The notes beneath the pieces are model-generated. The model was not told the origin of the DNA and did no database searches. It saw nothing but the letters and a program-made list of their open reading frames with translations. Position numbers and translations under genes: made by a program. DNA of 64,000 nucleotides, taken from IMG/VR virus record IMGVR_UViG_3300034104_005687, positions 124,001-188,000 of that record; one strand, 5' to 3'. Positions 44,693 through 53,669 of this stretch are shown in pieces. The stretch's first letter is position 1, and every line of letters begins with the position of its first letter.

Positions 44693-45474
44693 GCGCAGAT
44701 ATTGATTTTCCGTTGATTTATTGCAACGGAGACAGCTACAGCAACGATGAGTATCATGTGTCGTTAACAAGGAAAACTTATGCCTATGTAGTTGGAGAAA
44801 ACTGTCACGGATTTGTTATCAATGCCGCGGTAAACGGCAGTTGCAATAGAAGAATTATTAGAACTTCTCTGCATGATTTGATCCTTCAACGGCAGCTGAA
44901 TCCTTTACAAAAAATAATTGCGCTAATCGGCCTGAGTTTTGAGTTGAGGTCTGAAATATGGGCGGACAACTTGCCTAGCCGTCGGCCTAGTGAGTCAAAC
45001 TTTGTAACGCACACTTTCAGCGGTCAACAGAACTGGAGAGAGAATCTATTAAACCATAAAAACATTGAATCTCTCAACAAGTATAAATTAGACACTAAGT
45101 TTTATGAAAAATTTAGCCAGGGCCGAGCATATTTTTTTAGCCCATATGCTGAAAGAATTAATTTACTTGCAGACTTGATTATGTTAAAATCAACTTTAGA
45201 CAGTATGAATATTGACTTTTTGATTTTTCAGGGACCTGCTGCTGAAAAATTAGAGAGCGACTATTTGCTAGATTTTTTTAAACAACAAATTGCAATGGAC
45301 CAACGAATTTTCGATCTAGAAACATTTGGATTTTGCGATTGGTCACATGAACAAAAGTTTACACCATTGGATTTTTTAGATCACCCAAAAATTGGTCACT
45401 ATGGCCCAGACGCACATCGTTCGTTTGCAAACACAATTCTGTTGCCTAAACTTAAAGAATTATCCATATTATGA
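44689..45474 (+). CDS. SGNH/GDSL-like protein (AT-rich insert)
   Basis: IYCNGDSYS, NAAVNGSCNRRIIR, C-terminal GHYGPDAH. Confidence 0.5.
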   Translation: MSADIDFPLIYCNGDSYSNDEYHVSLTRKTYAYVVGENCHGFVINAAVNGSCNRRIIRTSLHDLILQRQLNPLQKIIALIGLSFELRSEIWADNLPSRRPSESNFVTHTFSGQQNWRENLLNHKNIESLNKYKLDTKFYEKFSQGRAYFFSPYAERINLLADLIMLKSTLDSMNIDFLIFQGPAAEKLESDYLLDFFKQQIAMDQRIFDLETFGFCDWSHEQKFTPLDFLDHPKIGHYGPDAHRSFANTILLPKLKELSIL

Positions 45475-46040
45475 GTGCAGATATTGATTTGGATTTTGCT
45501 GATCGCAGTGCTGTGCTGAGTTTGATTCAGCATACTGCTGCACGACAAAGTGACGGGCGCCGTCACAATTCAGGAGTGTATGTCACAGACATTCCACAGG
45601 ATCCTGTGCATGGCTGTGCCGCAATAGACTACGAAACTGCAGAACAACGAGGCTATTTCAAACTGGACTTTTTGAACATGAGTGTGTACAGCTTGATTCA
45701 AACACCTGAACACTACGAAGCCATGCTGGCCGCAACTCCTCCATGGAGCCGACTGTGGACTGATGCTCAATGGGTTAGGCAACTAGCACACGTGGGCAAT
45801 TACTATGATTTGCTGAAAGAAATGAAGCCAGATTCAATACCAAGATTGGCTGCTTTTATATCAATTATTCGTCCGGGCAAAGCACACCTACAGAGACAAC
45901 CCTGGGATCAAGTGTTTGCATCAGTATGGGACGGAGACACCAGCCAAGGATACACATTCAAAAAAGCACATGCAATAAGTTACGCAGCTTTGGTGGCGTT
46001 GCACATGAATCTTCTCAATCCATCCGACGCACAAGCGTGA
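45471..46040 (+). CDS. miniature family-C (DnaE/PolIII-alpha-like) polymerase-fold protein
   Basis: DIDLDF, HNSGVYV, GYFKLDFL, IIRPG and GYTFKKAHAISYA match the DnaE palm and finger motifs in order. Confidence 0.8.
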   Translation: MSADIDLDFADRSAVLSLIQHTAARQSDGRRHNSGVYVTDIPQDPVHGCAAIDYETAEQRGYFKLDFLNMSVYSLIQTPEHYEAMLAATPPWSRLWTDAQWVRQLAHVGNYYDLLKEMKPDSIPRLAAFISIIRPGKAHLQRQPWDQVFASVWDGDTSQGYTFKKAHAISYAALVALHMNLLNPSDAQA

Positions 46041-46392
46041 TTGATTTTCGCTTGCTTTTTTTGCGAGCTATGTCTTGAAGGCTGCAGATTGGCCCGTGTA
46101 AAATTTCTAGATCTTTGTTGGAGAATGTGCGCAACGTGGATTTGAATCGATCCCAGTCGCCGCGCAGAAATATGTTTATGGGTATGCTGTGATTGCTTTC
46201 CCACCACCATTGTCCTGCCAGTTCTAAAAATTCCAGCTTGTCGGTTTGATTTTGTATGACCCCAAAGTCGTAGATAGTGGTCACGATCTCGTCGCGATTT
46301 TGTACTACTCCTATATACTCCACGTTGGCATAAACGCACAAGGTTATAAAAGGGTATTTTTCAGTTAGCTTTTTAAATATATTGTTACCCAT
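46015..46392 (-). CDS. hypothetical protein
   Basis: 125 aa from MGNNIFKK, divergent from 46414. Confidence 0.7.
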   Translation of the reverse strand: MGNNIFKKLTEKYPFITLCVYANVEYIGVVQNRDEIVTTIYDFGVIQNQTDKLEFLELAGQWWWESNHSIPINIFLRGDWDRFKSTLRTFSNKDLEILHGPICSLQDIARKKSKRKSITLVRRMD

Positions 46393-46413
46393 AAATACTG
46401 ATTGAGGATTCAC

Positions 46414-47484
46414 ATGTATTCATCCACCGTTTACTTATACCAACAAATTACCAGAGTGTTATTGATTGACACCGGCGGTGGCTATTTCACAGCGAGGTAC
46501 GACCCAGTGTATGCTAAACAACTAACCGTCAACAAAGGCGTTGACAACGTCTTCTTGTTTGAATTTATCAACCAAGATCAAAAACCAGTAAACATCACAG
46601 GCTCTAGTTTTGTGTTTAGACTGATGAATCAAACTGGTGATCGACTGATTGCTGAAAAAAATATGGAAATACTGAGTGCTACCACAGGCCGCGCAAAAGT
46701 GGTGCTGAACAGTGCAGACACCATAGACATCATTGCCCAACCTGGAAGCTACAGTATACAACGCACCTCTGGCAGCTATGTTCAGTCAGCATTTGTGGAC
46801 GACAATTCTGGTGCTCGGGGTAACTGCAACATTGTGGATTCAGTGTTTCCTGAGTTTGTGCCCAGCCAAGAACTTACCATTCCCACAATCTACGGCAAAG
46901 CACAGCAGTTACAACCCGGTCCCACAAACTATCCTGATTGGGCTCTGCAACCTCCTCCAGTCAACACCACACAAACCACAGAATTTTACAGCAGCGAACT
47001 ACCCACAAACGGACAACAGCTGACCACGGTCAGCATGGATCTGGATCATTACACTGGCACAATCAAAGCACAAGCAGCACAAGATTATCAAAGCATATGG
47101 TACGATGTCACTGAGAGTTATGAATTCTTTGATGACACAAGAACTTGGCACATGAACATTGCAGGATTTCACCCGTTGTTGCGACTGGCATTCAACAACA
47201 GCTTGGGATTTGGAGCAACAGCCAACGCCACAGTTACCAATGGTGTGGTCACTGCCATCACATTGACCAACGCAGGACAAGGCTATGTGGCTCCTCCTCG
47301 ACTGCAGATTTTGGGCAACGGTTCGGGAGCCCGAGCCACTACCACTATTGGCGACAACAGTCAAGTTTCTGGAATTACCATTGTAGACGGTGGATCAGGT
47401 TATTTGCCGTTGCAATACCAAAGCACAATTTCAGCCACGGTGCTGTTTGACACAGGTACAATCACTAATCTCCAATATCGTTGA
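46414..47484 (+). CDS. virion structural protein (baseplate upper/BppU-like N-terminus, beta-rich C-terminus)
   Basis: F.NQDQKPVNITG..F.F motif and VTAITLTNAGQGY / ITIVDGGSGY repeats. Late promoter at 46392-46397 and SD GAGG. Confidence 0.55.
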   Translation: MYSSTVYLYQQITRVLLIDTGGGYFTARYDPVYAKQLTVNKGVDNVFLFEFINQDQKPVNITGSSFVFRLMNQTGDRLIAEKNMEILSATTGRAKVVLNSADTIDIIAQPGSYSIQRTSGSYVQSAFVDDNSGARGNCNIVDSVFPEFVPSQELTIPTIYGKAQQLQPGPTNYPDWALQPPPVNTTQTTEFYSSELPTNGQQLTTVSMDLDHYTGTIKAQAAQDYQSIWYDVTESYEFFDDTRTWHMNIAGFHPLLRLAFNNSLGFGATANATVTNGVVTAITLTNAGQGYVAPPRLQILGNGSGARATTTIGDNSQVSGITIVDGGSGYLPLQYQSTISATVLFDTGTITNLQYR

Positions 47485-47509
47485 TATACTTAGCAAACTG
47501 TGTTAAACT
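47481..47509 (+). promoter_or_regulatory. sigma70 promoter TTGATA-17-TAAACT for primase
   Basis: Lies 6 nt before the ATG at 47516. Confidence 0.6.
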
Positions 47510-47515
47510 ACACAA

Positions 47516-48499
47516 ATGCTTGATATTGTTCAATACCTACCTGCCAAACGCAAAGCCAGTCCCAGCGGGTGGGTCAGTTTTAATGCAGTATGTTGCCATC
47601 ACAACAGCAACAGCCCAGACCGACGATTACGAGGCGGAATCAAAGTCAATGAACAAGGTTGGAGCTATCACTGCTTCAACTGTGGATACACTGCTAGCTT
47701 TATCCTTGGCCGTACTGTAAGTTATAAGGCCCGTAGGCTCTTGAGCTGGTTGGGTGTACCTGACCGAGACATAGAATTGGCCAATTTGGAAAGTCTGCGT
47801 CATCGCAGTATCCACGGCATTGTGGAAGATCGGCAACGTGTGGCCAATATACTGCAGGGCATTGACTTTGAAGAACGTGACTTGCCACCAGCATCAGAAT
47901 TGATCACACAGGAACATCCCAAGTACTGGGACTATGTTCGTGATCGTCGGGTGCCCGAAGACTTTCCTGTGATGACACCCATACGTACCGATGGTGTTCA
48001 TTGGACCAGGCCTTGTGTGATTGTGCCGTTCACGCATGACAACAAGATTGTGGGCTACACAGCTAGATTTCTTGACGGCAAAAGACCCAAGTTTATCAGC
48101 GAACAACAACCTGGCTATGTGTTTGGCATAGATTTGCAACCGCCCAATTGGCAGCATGTGTTGGTCATGGAAGGCATATTTGATGCACTCAGCATTGGTG
48201 GTGTTGCGTTACTACACAATGAAATTAGTGATGCACAAGCCAAACTGATTCGTGGCATTGGACGAGAAGTTACTGTGGTGCCGGATCAAGATCGTGCAGG
48301 ACTGGAACTGATTGACAGAGCAGTGGAACTGGGATGGGCAGTGAGCATACCTGCCTGGGAAGATTGCAAAGACGTCAATGATGCTGTGAAGAAATACGGT
48401 CGACTTGGTACCTTGCTAACTATTATGCAGGCACGAGAAACCAGCAGAATCAAAATTGAATTAAGAAAGAAAGCCCTTGTTAAAAGAATACAACACTGA
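47516..48499 (+). CDS. gp61: DNA primase (Zn-ribbon plus TOPRIM)
   Basis: CCHH...HCFNCG, VMEGIFDA, VPDQD, CKDVND. Confidence 0.9.
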   Translation: MLDIVQYLPAKRKASPSGWVSFNAVCCHHNSNSPDRRLRGGIKVNEQGWSYHCFNCGYTASFILGRTVSYKARRLLSWLGVPDRDIELANLESLRHRSIHGIVEDRQRVANILQGIDFEERDLPPASELITQEHPKYWDYVRDRRVPEDFPVMTPIRTDGVHWTRPCVIVPFTHDNKIVGYTARFLDGKRPKFISEQQPGYVFGIDLQPPNWQHVLVMEGIFDALSIGGVALLHNEISDAQAKLIRGIGREVTVVPDQDRAGLELIDRAVELGWAVSIPAWEDCKDVNDAVKKYGRLGTLLTIMQARETSRIKIELRKKALVKRIQH

Positions 48500-49937
48500 A
48501 GTACAACGATTGTTTCTGGAAATGATGCTGGAAGACGCCAGCTCGTATGTGCGTGTTCAGAACATCTACAATCCAGAAAACTTTGATCGCAGTTTGCGCA
48601 AAGCAGCAGAGTTTATTAAAGAACACTCAGACAAGTACAAAACTCTGCCAGACCGCGCACAGATATCTGCGGCATGTGGTATCACATTGCAGTCTGTGCC
48701 TGAACTCAATGAAGGACACAACGAGTGGTTCATGGCAGAGTTTGAGAGCTTTACCAAGCGTCAAGAACTGGAACGTGCTATCTTGAAAGCAGCAGACTTG
48801 CTGGAAAAGGGCGAGTTTGATCCAGTGGAAAAACTGATCAAGGATGCTGTGCAGATCAGCTTGACCAAGGATATGGGCACAGACTACTTTGCTGATCCTG
48901 CAGGTCGTATCAACAAGTATTTCAATTCAGGTGGACAAGTTAGCACAGGATGGCCACAGATGGATCGATTGTTGTATGGTGGATTCAGTCGAGGCGAACT
49001 CAACATCTTTGCAGGTGGATCAGGATCAGGCAAGAGTCTGGTCATGATGAACATTGCGCTGAACTGGTTGCAACAAGGACTCAGTGGTGTGTATATCAGT
49101 CTTGAATTGAGTGAAGAACTAACCAGCCTACGAACTGATGCCATGCTGACCAGCATGAGCACCAAGGACATTCGCAAGGACATTGATTCAGCAGAGCTCA
49201 AGGTCAAGATAGCAGGCAAAAAAGCTGGCCAATATCGGGTCAAAGCCTTGCCAGCACAAAGCAACATCAACGACATTCGAAGCTATGTCAAAGAAGTGCA
49301 GATTCAAACAGGTATCCAAGTGGACTTTTTGATGATTGACTACCTGGACTTGTTGATGCCCGTGAGTGCAAAGGTCAGCCCCAATGACTTGTTTGTGAAA
49401 GACAAGTATGTGAGTGAAGAACTGCGTAACTTGGCCAAAGAGCTGGGTGTGTTAATGGTAACTGCAAGTCAGTTGAACCGTAGCGCAGTTGAAGAAATTG
49501 AATTTGATCACAGTCACATTAGTGGTGGTATTTCCAAGATCAACACAGCAGACAATGTGTTTGGTATCTTTACAAGTCGTGCTATGAAAGAGCGCGGCAA
49601 ATATCAAATACAATGTATGAAGAGTCGTAGTTCAACAGGTGTGGGACAAAAGATTGATCTTGAGTACAACATTGAAACCATGCGCATCACTGACGAAGGT
49701 GGCGAGGATGGTGATGCCAGCGGAGGGTTTGCCCGAAAACCCAGTTCCAACTTGATGGATTCCATCAAAGCTAAGTCAACGGTGGCAACAGAAAATGCAC
49801 CAACTAAATGGGAAAAACCCACTGGCACACATGCCTGGGACAAACCAATGGTTCATTCAGATGATACTTCTAAGGTAACTGCTGATGTACAGAGCGCCAA
49901 ACTCAAACAGTTGTTGGGCAAGATCAAATCAGGTTAA
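48477..49937 (+). CDS. gp41: replicative DnaB-family helicase (TTG start)
   Basis: GGSGSGKS, ISLEL, MIDYLDL, TASQLNR, KSRSSTG. Confidence 0.92.
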   Translation: MLKEYNTEVQRLFLEMMLEDASSYVRVQNIYNPENFDRSLRKAAEFIKEHSDKYKTLPDRAQISAACGITLQSVPELNEGHNEWFMAEFESFTKRQELERAILKAADLLEKGEFDPVEKLIKDAVQISLTKDMGTDYFADPAGRINKYFNSGGQVSTGWPQMDRLLYGGFSRGELNIFAGGSGSGKSLVMMNIALNWLQQGLSGVYISLELSEELTSLRTDAMLTSMSTKDIRKDIDSAELKVKIAGKKAGQYRVKALPAQSNINDIRSYVKEVQIQTGIQVDFLMIDYLDLLMPVSAKVSPNDLFVKDKYVSEELRNLAKELGVLMVTASQLNRSAVEEIEFDHSHISGGISKINTADNVFGIFTSRAMKERGKYQIQCMKSRSSTGVGQKIDLEYNIETMRITDEGGEDGDASGGFARKPSSNLMDSIKAKSTVATENAPTKWEKPTGTHAWDKPMVHSDDTSKVTADVQSAKLKQLLGKIKSG

Positions 49938-50005
49938 GCAATTGCACTTTTAATCACAACAAAGTTCAGTACCAATGCTTCGCTTAATGGTCCGGCACCT
50001 TGGTT
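49934..50005 (-). pseudogene. orphan duplicate of the C-terminal tip of the 50004-50930 gene
   Basis: Translates NQGAGPLSEALVLNFVVIKSAIA*, against NNTAGTLGEALVIRYAVINGSVT* in the intact gene (10/23 identical). Out of frame, no start codon. Confidence 0.7.
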
Positions 50006-50930
50006 AAGTTACTGACCCGTTGATCACAGCATAGCGTATGACCAGGGCTTCGCCTAGTGTACCAGCAGTGTTGTTTCTAACATAAATGGTAGCACTACCG
50101 GCTGCACATGCAGCATTGAGAGTGTATGACCCCAGTGTACCACCGCTTTGGTGTTGCAACAACAACAAGTCATTTGCACCAATGGTGCTGTTGGTCAATA
50201 CAAAATTCACTATAGTTGCAGCAGCCAAATTGGTGTTTTGCATGGTAATTTGGCCGCAACGTTTGTTTAACGTAACTCCTGTGGATTTGTTAGTAGCCTG
50301 TGCAACCGTCCCGCCAGTTCCAGTACTGTACCCAATGGCAGATTCTGTACTACCGAGCAATGGACGATTTAGATCATAAACAGTTATGGTAGTCCCGGCG
50401 TCTACAGTAGAGAATTCAAATTGATATGTTCCTGTGGCAGCAAACGTAATTACATTTGATGCATAACCTTGCAATCCTGTAGTGCCCAAACTGACGGCCA
50501 CTGGCAGGGTTAAAGTATGAGCAGTGCTGGTCACGGTCACAGCTACCACAACTGCACCTGCAGTGCCTGCTGTGGGCCAATTGGTAAAGTTCAAGCTGAC
50601 TGAACCGCTGGTGTTTATTTGTTGATACTGAGCAGCACTGTAGTCCACAGTAACAGATCCTGCAGTGGCAGTCAGAGCTGAATATGCATAGCTTACGTCT
50701 CGTAACTGCACAGCATAAATCTCTTGATTGTTCATGTTGTTGTCGAGAGTGGTTCCTGTGATGGCTGCTTTCAGCACTGATTTGTTCTGAAGCTCGGTTA
50801 TTTCATCCGATGCATATTGAAAATTTGTTCTAGTATTAGTAAAATTGTCACGCATGCCTTGTGTGTTGTTGGGCACACCGGCTACTGGGTAGGTCCCGTC
50901 GATGTTGTTGGGATTGATTTGACTGGTCAT
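50004..50930 (-). CDS. virion fibre/baseplate-type structural protein
   Basis: N-terminal helical anchor (INPNNIDGTYPVAG...RDNF...EITELQ), Thr/Ala/Gly-rich beta domains. Late promoter on - at 50955-50960. Confidence 0.7.
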   Translation of the reverse strand: MTSQINPNNIDGTYPVAGVPNNTQGMRDNFTNTRTNFQYASDEITELQNKSVLKAAITGTTLDNNMNNQEIYAVQLRDVSYAYSALTATAGSVTVDYSAAQYQQINTSGSVSLNFTNWPTAGTAGAVVVAVTVTSTAHTLTLPVAVSLGTTGLQGYASNVITFAATGTYQFEFSTVDAGTTITVYDLNRPLLGSTESAIGYSTGTGGTVAQATNKSTGVTLNKRCGQITMQNTNLAAATIVNFVLTNSTIGANDLLLLQHQSGGTLGSYTLNAACAAGSATIYVRNNTAGTLGEALVIRYAVINGSVT

Positions 50931-50954
50931 AAGAGATCCTTGTGGAGTATTAGA

Positions 50955-50984
50955 TATTTATTCCCTGCCCTATTTCGCTAAATA
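50955..50984. promoter_or_regulatory. divergent late promoters (TAAATA on - at 50955-50960, on + at 50979-50984)
   Basis: Both motifs lie in a 75-nt intergenic gap. Confidence 0.65.
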
Positions 50985-51005
50985 ATACAAAGGTCATAGA
51001 AAACA

Positions 51006-51254
51006 ATGCAAAAAAAGACCCGCAGCTTGCTGGAAGAATTGGACTCGTTATATGTCGAACGTGATCGCAAATTGCTGATCGAAAATCGAGCTACTACAGT
51101 AATTGAGTCTGCCATCAGGCTGATCCAACAAATAGAAGATGAGTACACAGCAGATCAAGCAGAAAATCTCACACGCAAATTGCTGAACGCAATTCGCACC
51201 AAAGACACTGGCAAATTTTCTAGGTCAGTAAAAAGAACACATTCAGACTCATAA
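51006..51254 (+). CDS. small helical hypothetical protein
   Basis: 82 aa, first gene of a late unit. Confidence 0.7.
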   Translation: MQKKTRSLLEELDSLYVERDRKLLIENRATTVIESAIRLIQQIEDEYTADQAENLTRKLLNAIRTKDTGKFSRSVKRTHSDS

Positions 51255-51255
51255 C

Positions 51256-53187
51256 ATGAACATTTTCGAAGGCGGCAACGTATTCAAAGACAAAATGGGC
51301 GTACCGCTCACTCGTCGTATCAAACAGGGCGAAATTGCCGGCACCATCAAATGGTTGGAATCTGTAACAGGGCTGGATTTGCACGGTGTCAATGACCCAG
51401 GCACAAACTACCCCGTGAAATGGCTGGGCAGCACCGGCAAAAAAGACGACTCGGGCGATCTTGATCTAGCAGTGGAGTTGTCAGACACTACCAAGCCTGA
51501 ACTCAAGGCACACCTGGACAGTTATGTGTCTGGACAAAAGCAAGATCCCCGAGATTTTGTGCGTCTCAGTGGCGAAGCAGTGCATTTCAAAACGCCCATA
51601 TTGGGCGATGCCAACAATGGATTTGTGCAAACAGATTTCATGTTCATGCCCAACATCGACTGGGGTTCTTTTTTCTTGGCTGGCGGCACAGACTCCCAGT
51701 ACAAGGGCATGTTTAGAAATGTGCTGATGAGCTCCATTGCCAAGTCTCAAGGACTCAAAGCCAGTGCCAAGGGCATTACCAGTCGTACCACAGACAGTGT
51801 GATCACCATGGATCCAGATCGTGCTGCTGAAATGCTGCTGGGACAGGGCATGAAGCGTGGCAACTTGAAAAACGTTGAAAGCATCTACACAGCCTTGGCC
51901 AATCACCCTGATCGTGACGCCAAACTCAAAGACTTTAGAGAATACCTGGCCAGAGAAGGTGTCAAAGAGCCCAGCACAGTGGCCGAAAGTGATGTGAACT
52001 TTTTGTCCCGACTGCGTGATCGCATTGTGAATCAAGGCATGGCGCCCTTGATCGAAGCTGGCTCAGCAAACCCGTATCAACTGTACGAAGCTGAAGCGGC
52101 TGGTGTTGGCGGCAGAGCCAAGGGCATCGAGCACCTGGAAGACCTGGTGTTCAGAAACGGCGCAGCTGGCATTAGCCAAGCACTGACCATTGCACAACAG
52201 GCCACTGAACAGCCCAGCACAGTCACTGCCAAGTGGGACGGCAAACCTGCTGTGATCTGGGGCCGCAAACCCGCCACAGGTGAGTTTGTGCTCACAGACG
52301 GATCAGGATTTGAAGCCAAGAGCTACGACGGTCTTGCTACCAGCCCGCGCATGATGGCAGACATTCAGAATCGACGATCTGGCGAACGCTCAGGCCTGAT
52401 ACAGTTGTATGCCACACTGTGGCCTGCACTAGAAGCCAGTTTGCCGCCCAACTTCCGTGGTTATGTCAAAGGCGACTTGCTGTACACAGACACGCCGCCT
52501 GTGGAAGCCGGAAACTATGTGTTCCGTCCCAATACTATAGAATACAAAATTCCAGTTCGCAGTGCCTTGGGACAACGCATTGGAGCCAGCAACATTGGCA
52601 TTGCAGTTCACAGCATGTATGCAGACACAGGCGAAGCCCGACAACCACTCAGCGGGGTCAAATTCAACGAAGTTCCGGGACTGATGCTGGAACGCCCAGC
52701 CACACCTTCAGCACTGGTACTGGACAAAAACATAGTGCAACAGCTCAAGACCATTGTGAGATCACAAGGTGCCAACATGAAAGTGCTGTTTAATCCTGCT
52801 GAACTGCGTGCTCAACAAGTCACAGATCTGTTTAGATTGGCAGTGGATTTTATCAACACCAAGGTAGGCGGTCCCTTGGAACCAGCTAACCAGTTAATTG
52901 TGGAGTTTGGAGAATGGCTGCAAGGGCGAGTAACACCGCGCAAGTTCAACAACATTGTGGAATATCTCAAAAACCCCAGTACAAACCAGGAAGCACTGAG
53001 TGCGGCGTTTTTGGCATTTGAATTGCTGCATGCACTCAAAACAGACCTATTGCGTCAAGCAGACACTCAGCATCCTGGGCAAGAAGGCTGGGTAATGGCC
53101 ACGCCTGCAGGCTATGCCAAAGCAGTAAATCGCTTTGATCCCAATGCTTTTGCTGCTCAAAATCGAGCCAGAAATAACCCCAACTGA
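51256..53187 (+). CDS. PolX/Pol-beta-like nucleotidyltransferase fused to a covalent-NTase (ligase-fold, KxDG) domain
   Basis: N-terminal LGSTGKKDDSGDLDLAV, VQTDFMF and YKGMFRN..M..IAK.QG. C-terminal AKWDGKPA, YVKGDLL, QEGWV, YAKAV. Confidence 0.65.
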   Translation: MNIFEGGNVFKDKMGVPLTRRIKQGEIAGTIKWLESVTGLDLHGVNDPGTNYPVKWLGSTGKKDDSGDLDLAVELSDTTKPELKAHLDSYVSGQKQDPRDFVRLSGEAVHFKTPILGDANNGFVQTDFMFMPNIDWGSFFLAGGTDSQYKGMFRNVLMSSIAKSQGLKASAKGITSRTTDSVITMDPDRAAEMLLGQGMKRGNLKNVESIYTALANHPDRDAKLKDFREYLAREGVKEPSTVAESDVNFLSRLRDRIVNQGMAPLIEAGSANPYQLYEAEAAGVGGRAKGIEHLEDLVFRNGAAGISQALTIAQQATEQPSTVTAKWDGKPAVIWGRKPATGEFVLTDGSGFEAKSYDGLATSPRMMADIQNRRSGERSGLIQLYATLWPALEASLPPNFRGYVKGDLLYTDTPPVEAGNYVFRPNTIEYKIPVRSALGQRIGASNIGIAVHSMYADTGEARQPLSGVKFNEVPGLMLERPATPSALVLDKNIVQQLKTIVRSQGANMKVLFNPAELRAQQVTDLFRLAVDFINTKVGGPLEPANQLIVEFGEWLQGRVTPRKFNNIVEYLKNPSTNQEALSAAFLAFELLHALKTDLLRQADTQHPGQEGWVMATPAGYAKAVNRFDPNAFAAQNRARNNPN

Positions 53188-53252
53188 GCGTTTTTTTGTC
53201 AGTTTCATAAATAAAAGCAGGGACACTGTTCCCATATATTAAGGAGCTTAAA

Positions 53253-53669
53253 ATGGCACAAATCACAAAAGTAAACGGCACAACACAACCAGTGTTTGCC
53301 ATCGACGTACAAAACGGTACAATCGCTAACACAGCCAACGTGGCTGCTGGCGGCCCAGTTCAAATGGCTGGTCCCAAGCTGGACTTCTTCAGCTTGACAG
53401 CTAACAGCAGTCTTGGTGCTTCCGGTGTTGCTAACGCTACTGGTTATTTGAACAACGTGTTGCAATCTATTCAGCAAAACGGTACAATTGCTATGTATCA
53501 AGTTACACCTAGCGCACCTACTGTGTTGAACATTGCGATCTACCCAACTGGCGCTTATACCACAGCTACTCTGGTTGCTGCTGCACAAACAGCCAACGCA
53601 ACTGGCGGCTTGAACATTGGTATCCCAACTGCCAACGTCGCTGGCGCAGCTACTTTCACCAACGTTTAA
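53253..53669 (+). CDS. abundant small virion protein (decoration-like)
   Basis: Own late promoter (53208-53213), SD AAGGAG, own terminator, strongly biased GCT/GGT/AAC codons. Confidence 0.65.
   Translation: MAQITKVNGTTQPVFAIDVQNGTIANTANVAAGGPVQMAGPKLDFFSLTANSSLGASGVANATGYLNNVLQSIQQNGTIAMYQVTPSAPTVLNIAIYPTGAYTTATLVAAAQTANATGGLNIGIPTANVAGAATFTNV

Noticed and set aside
50004-50006. Simple stop read-through joining the fibre gene to the orphan tip
   Set aside because: In-frame read-through gives an unrelated sequence (PRCRTIKRS...). The homologous tip is in a different frame and no clear slippery site is present.
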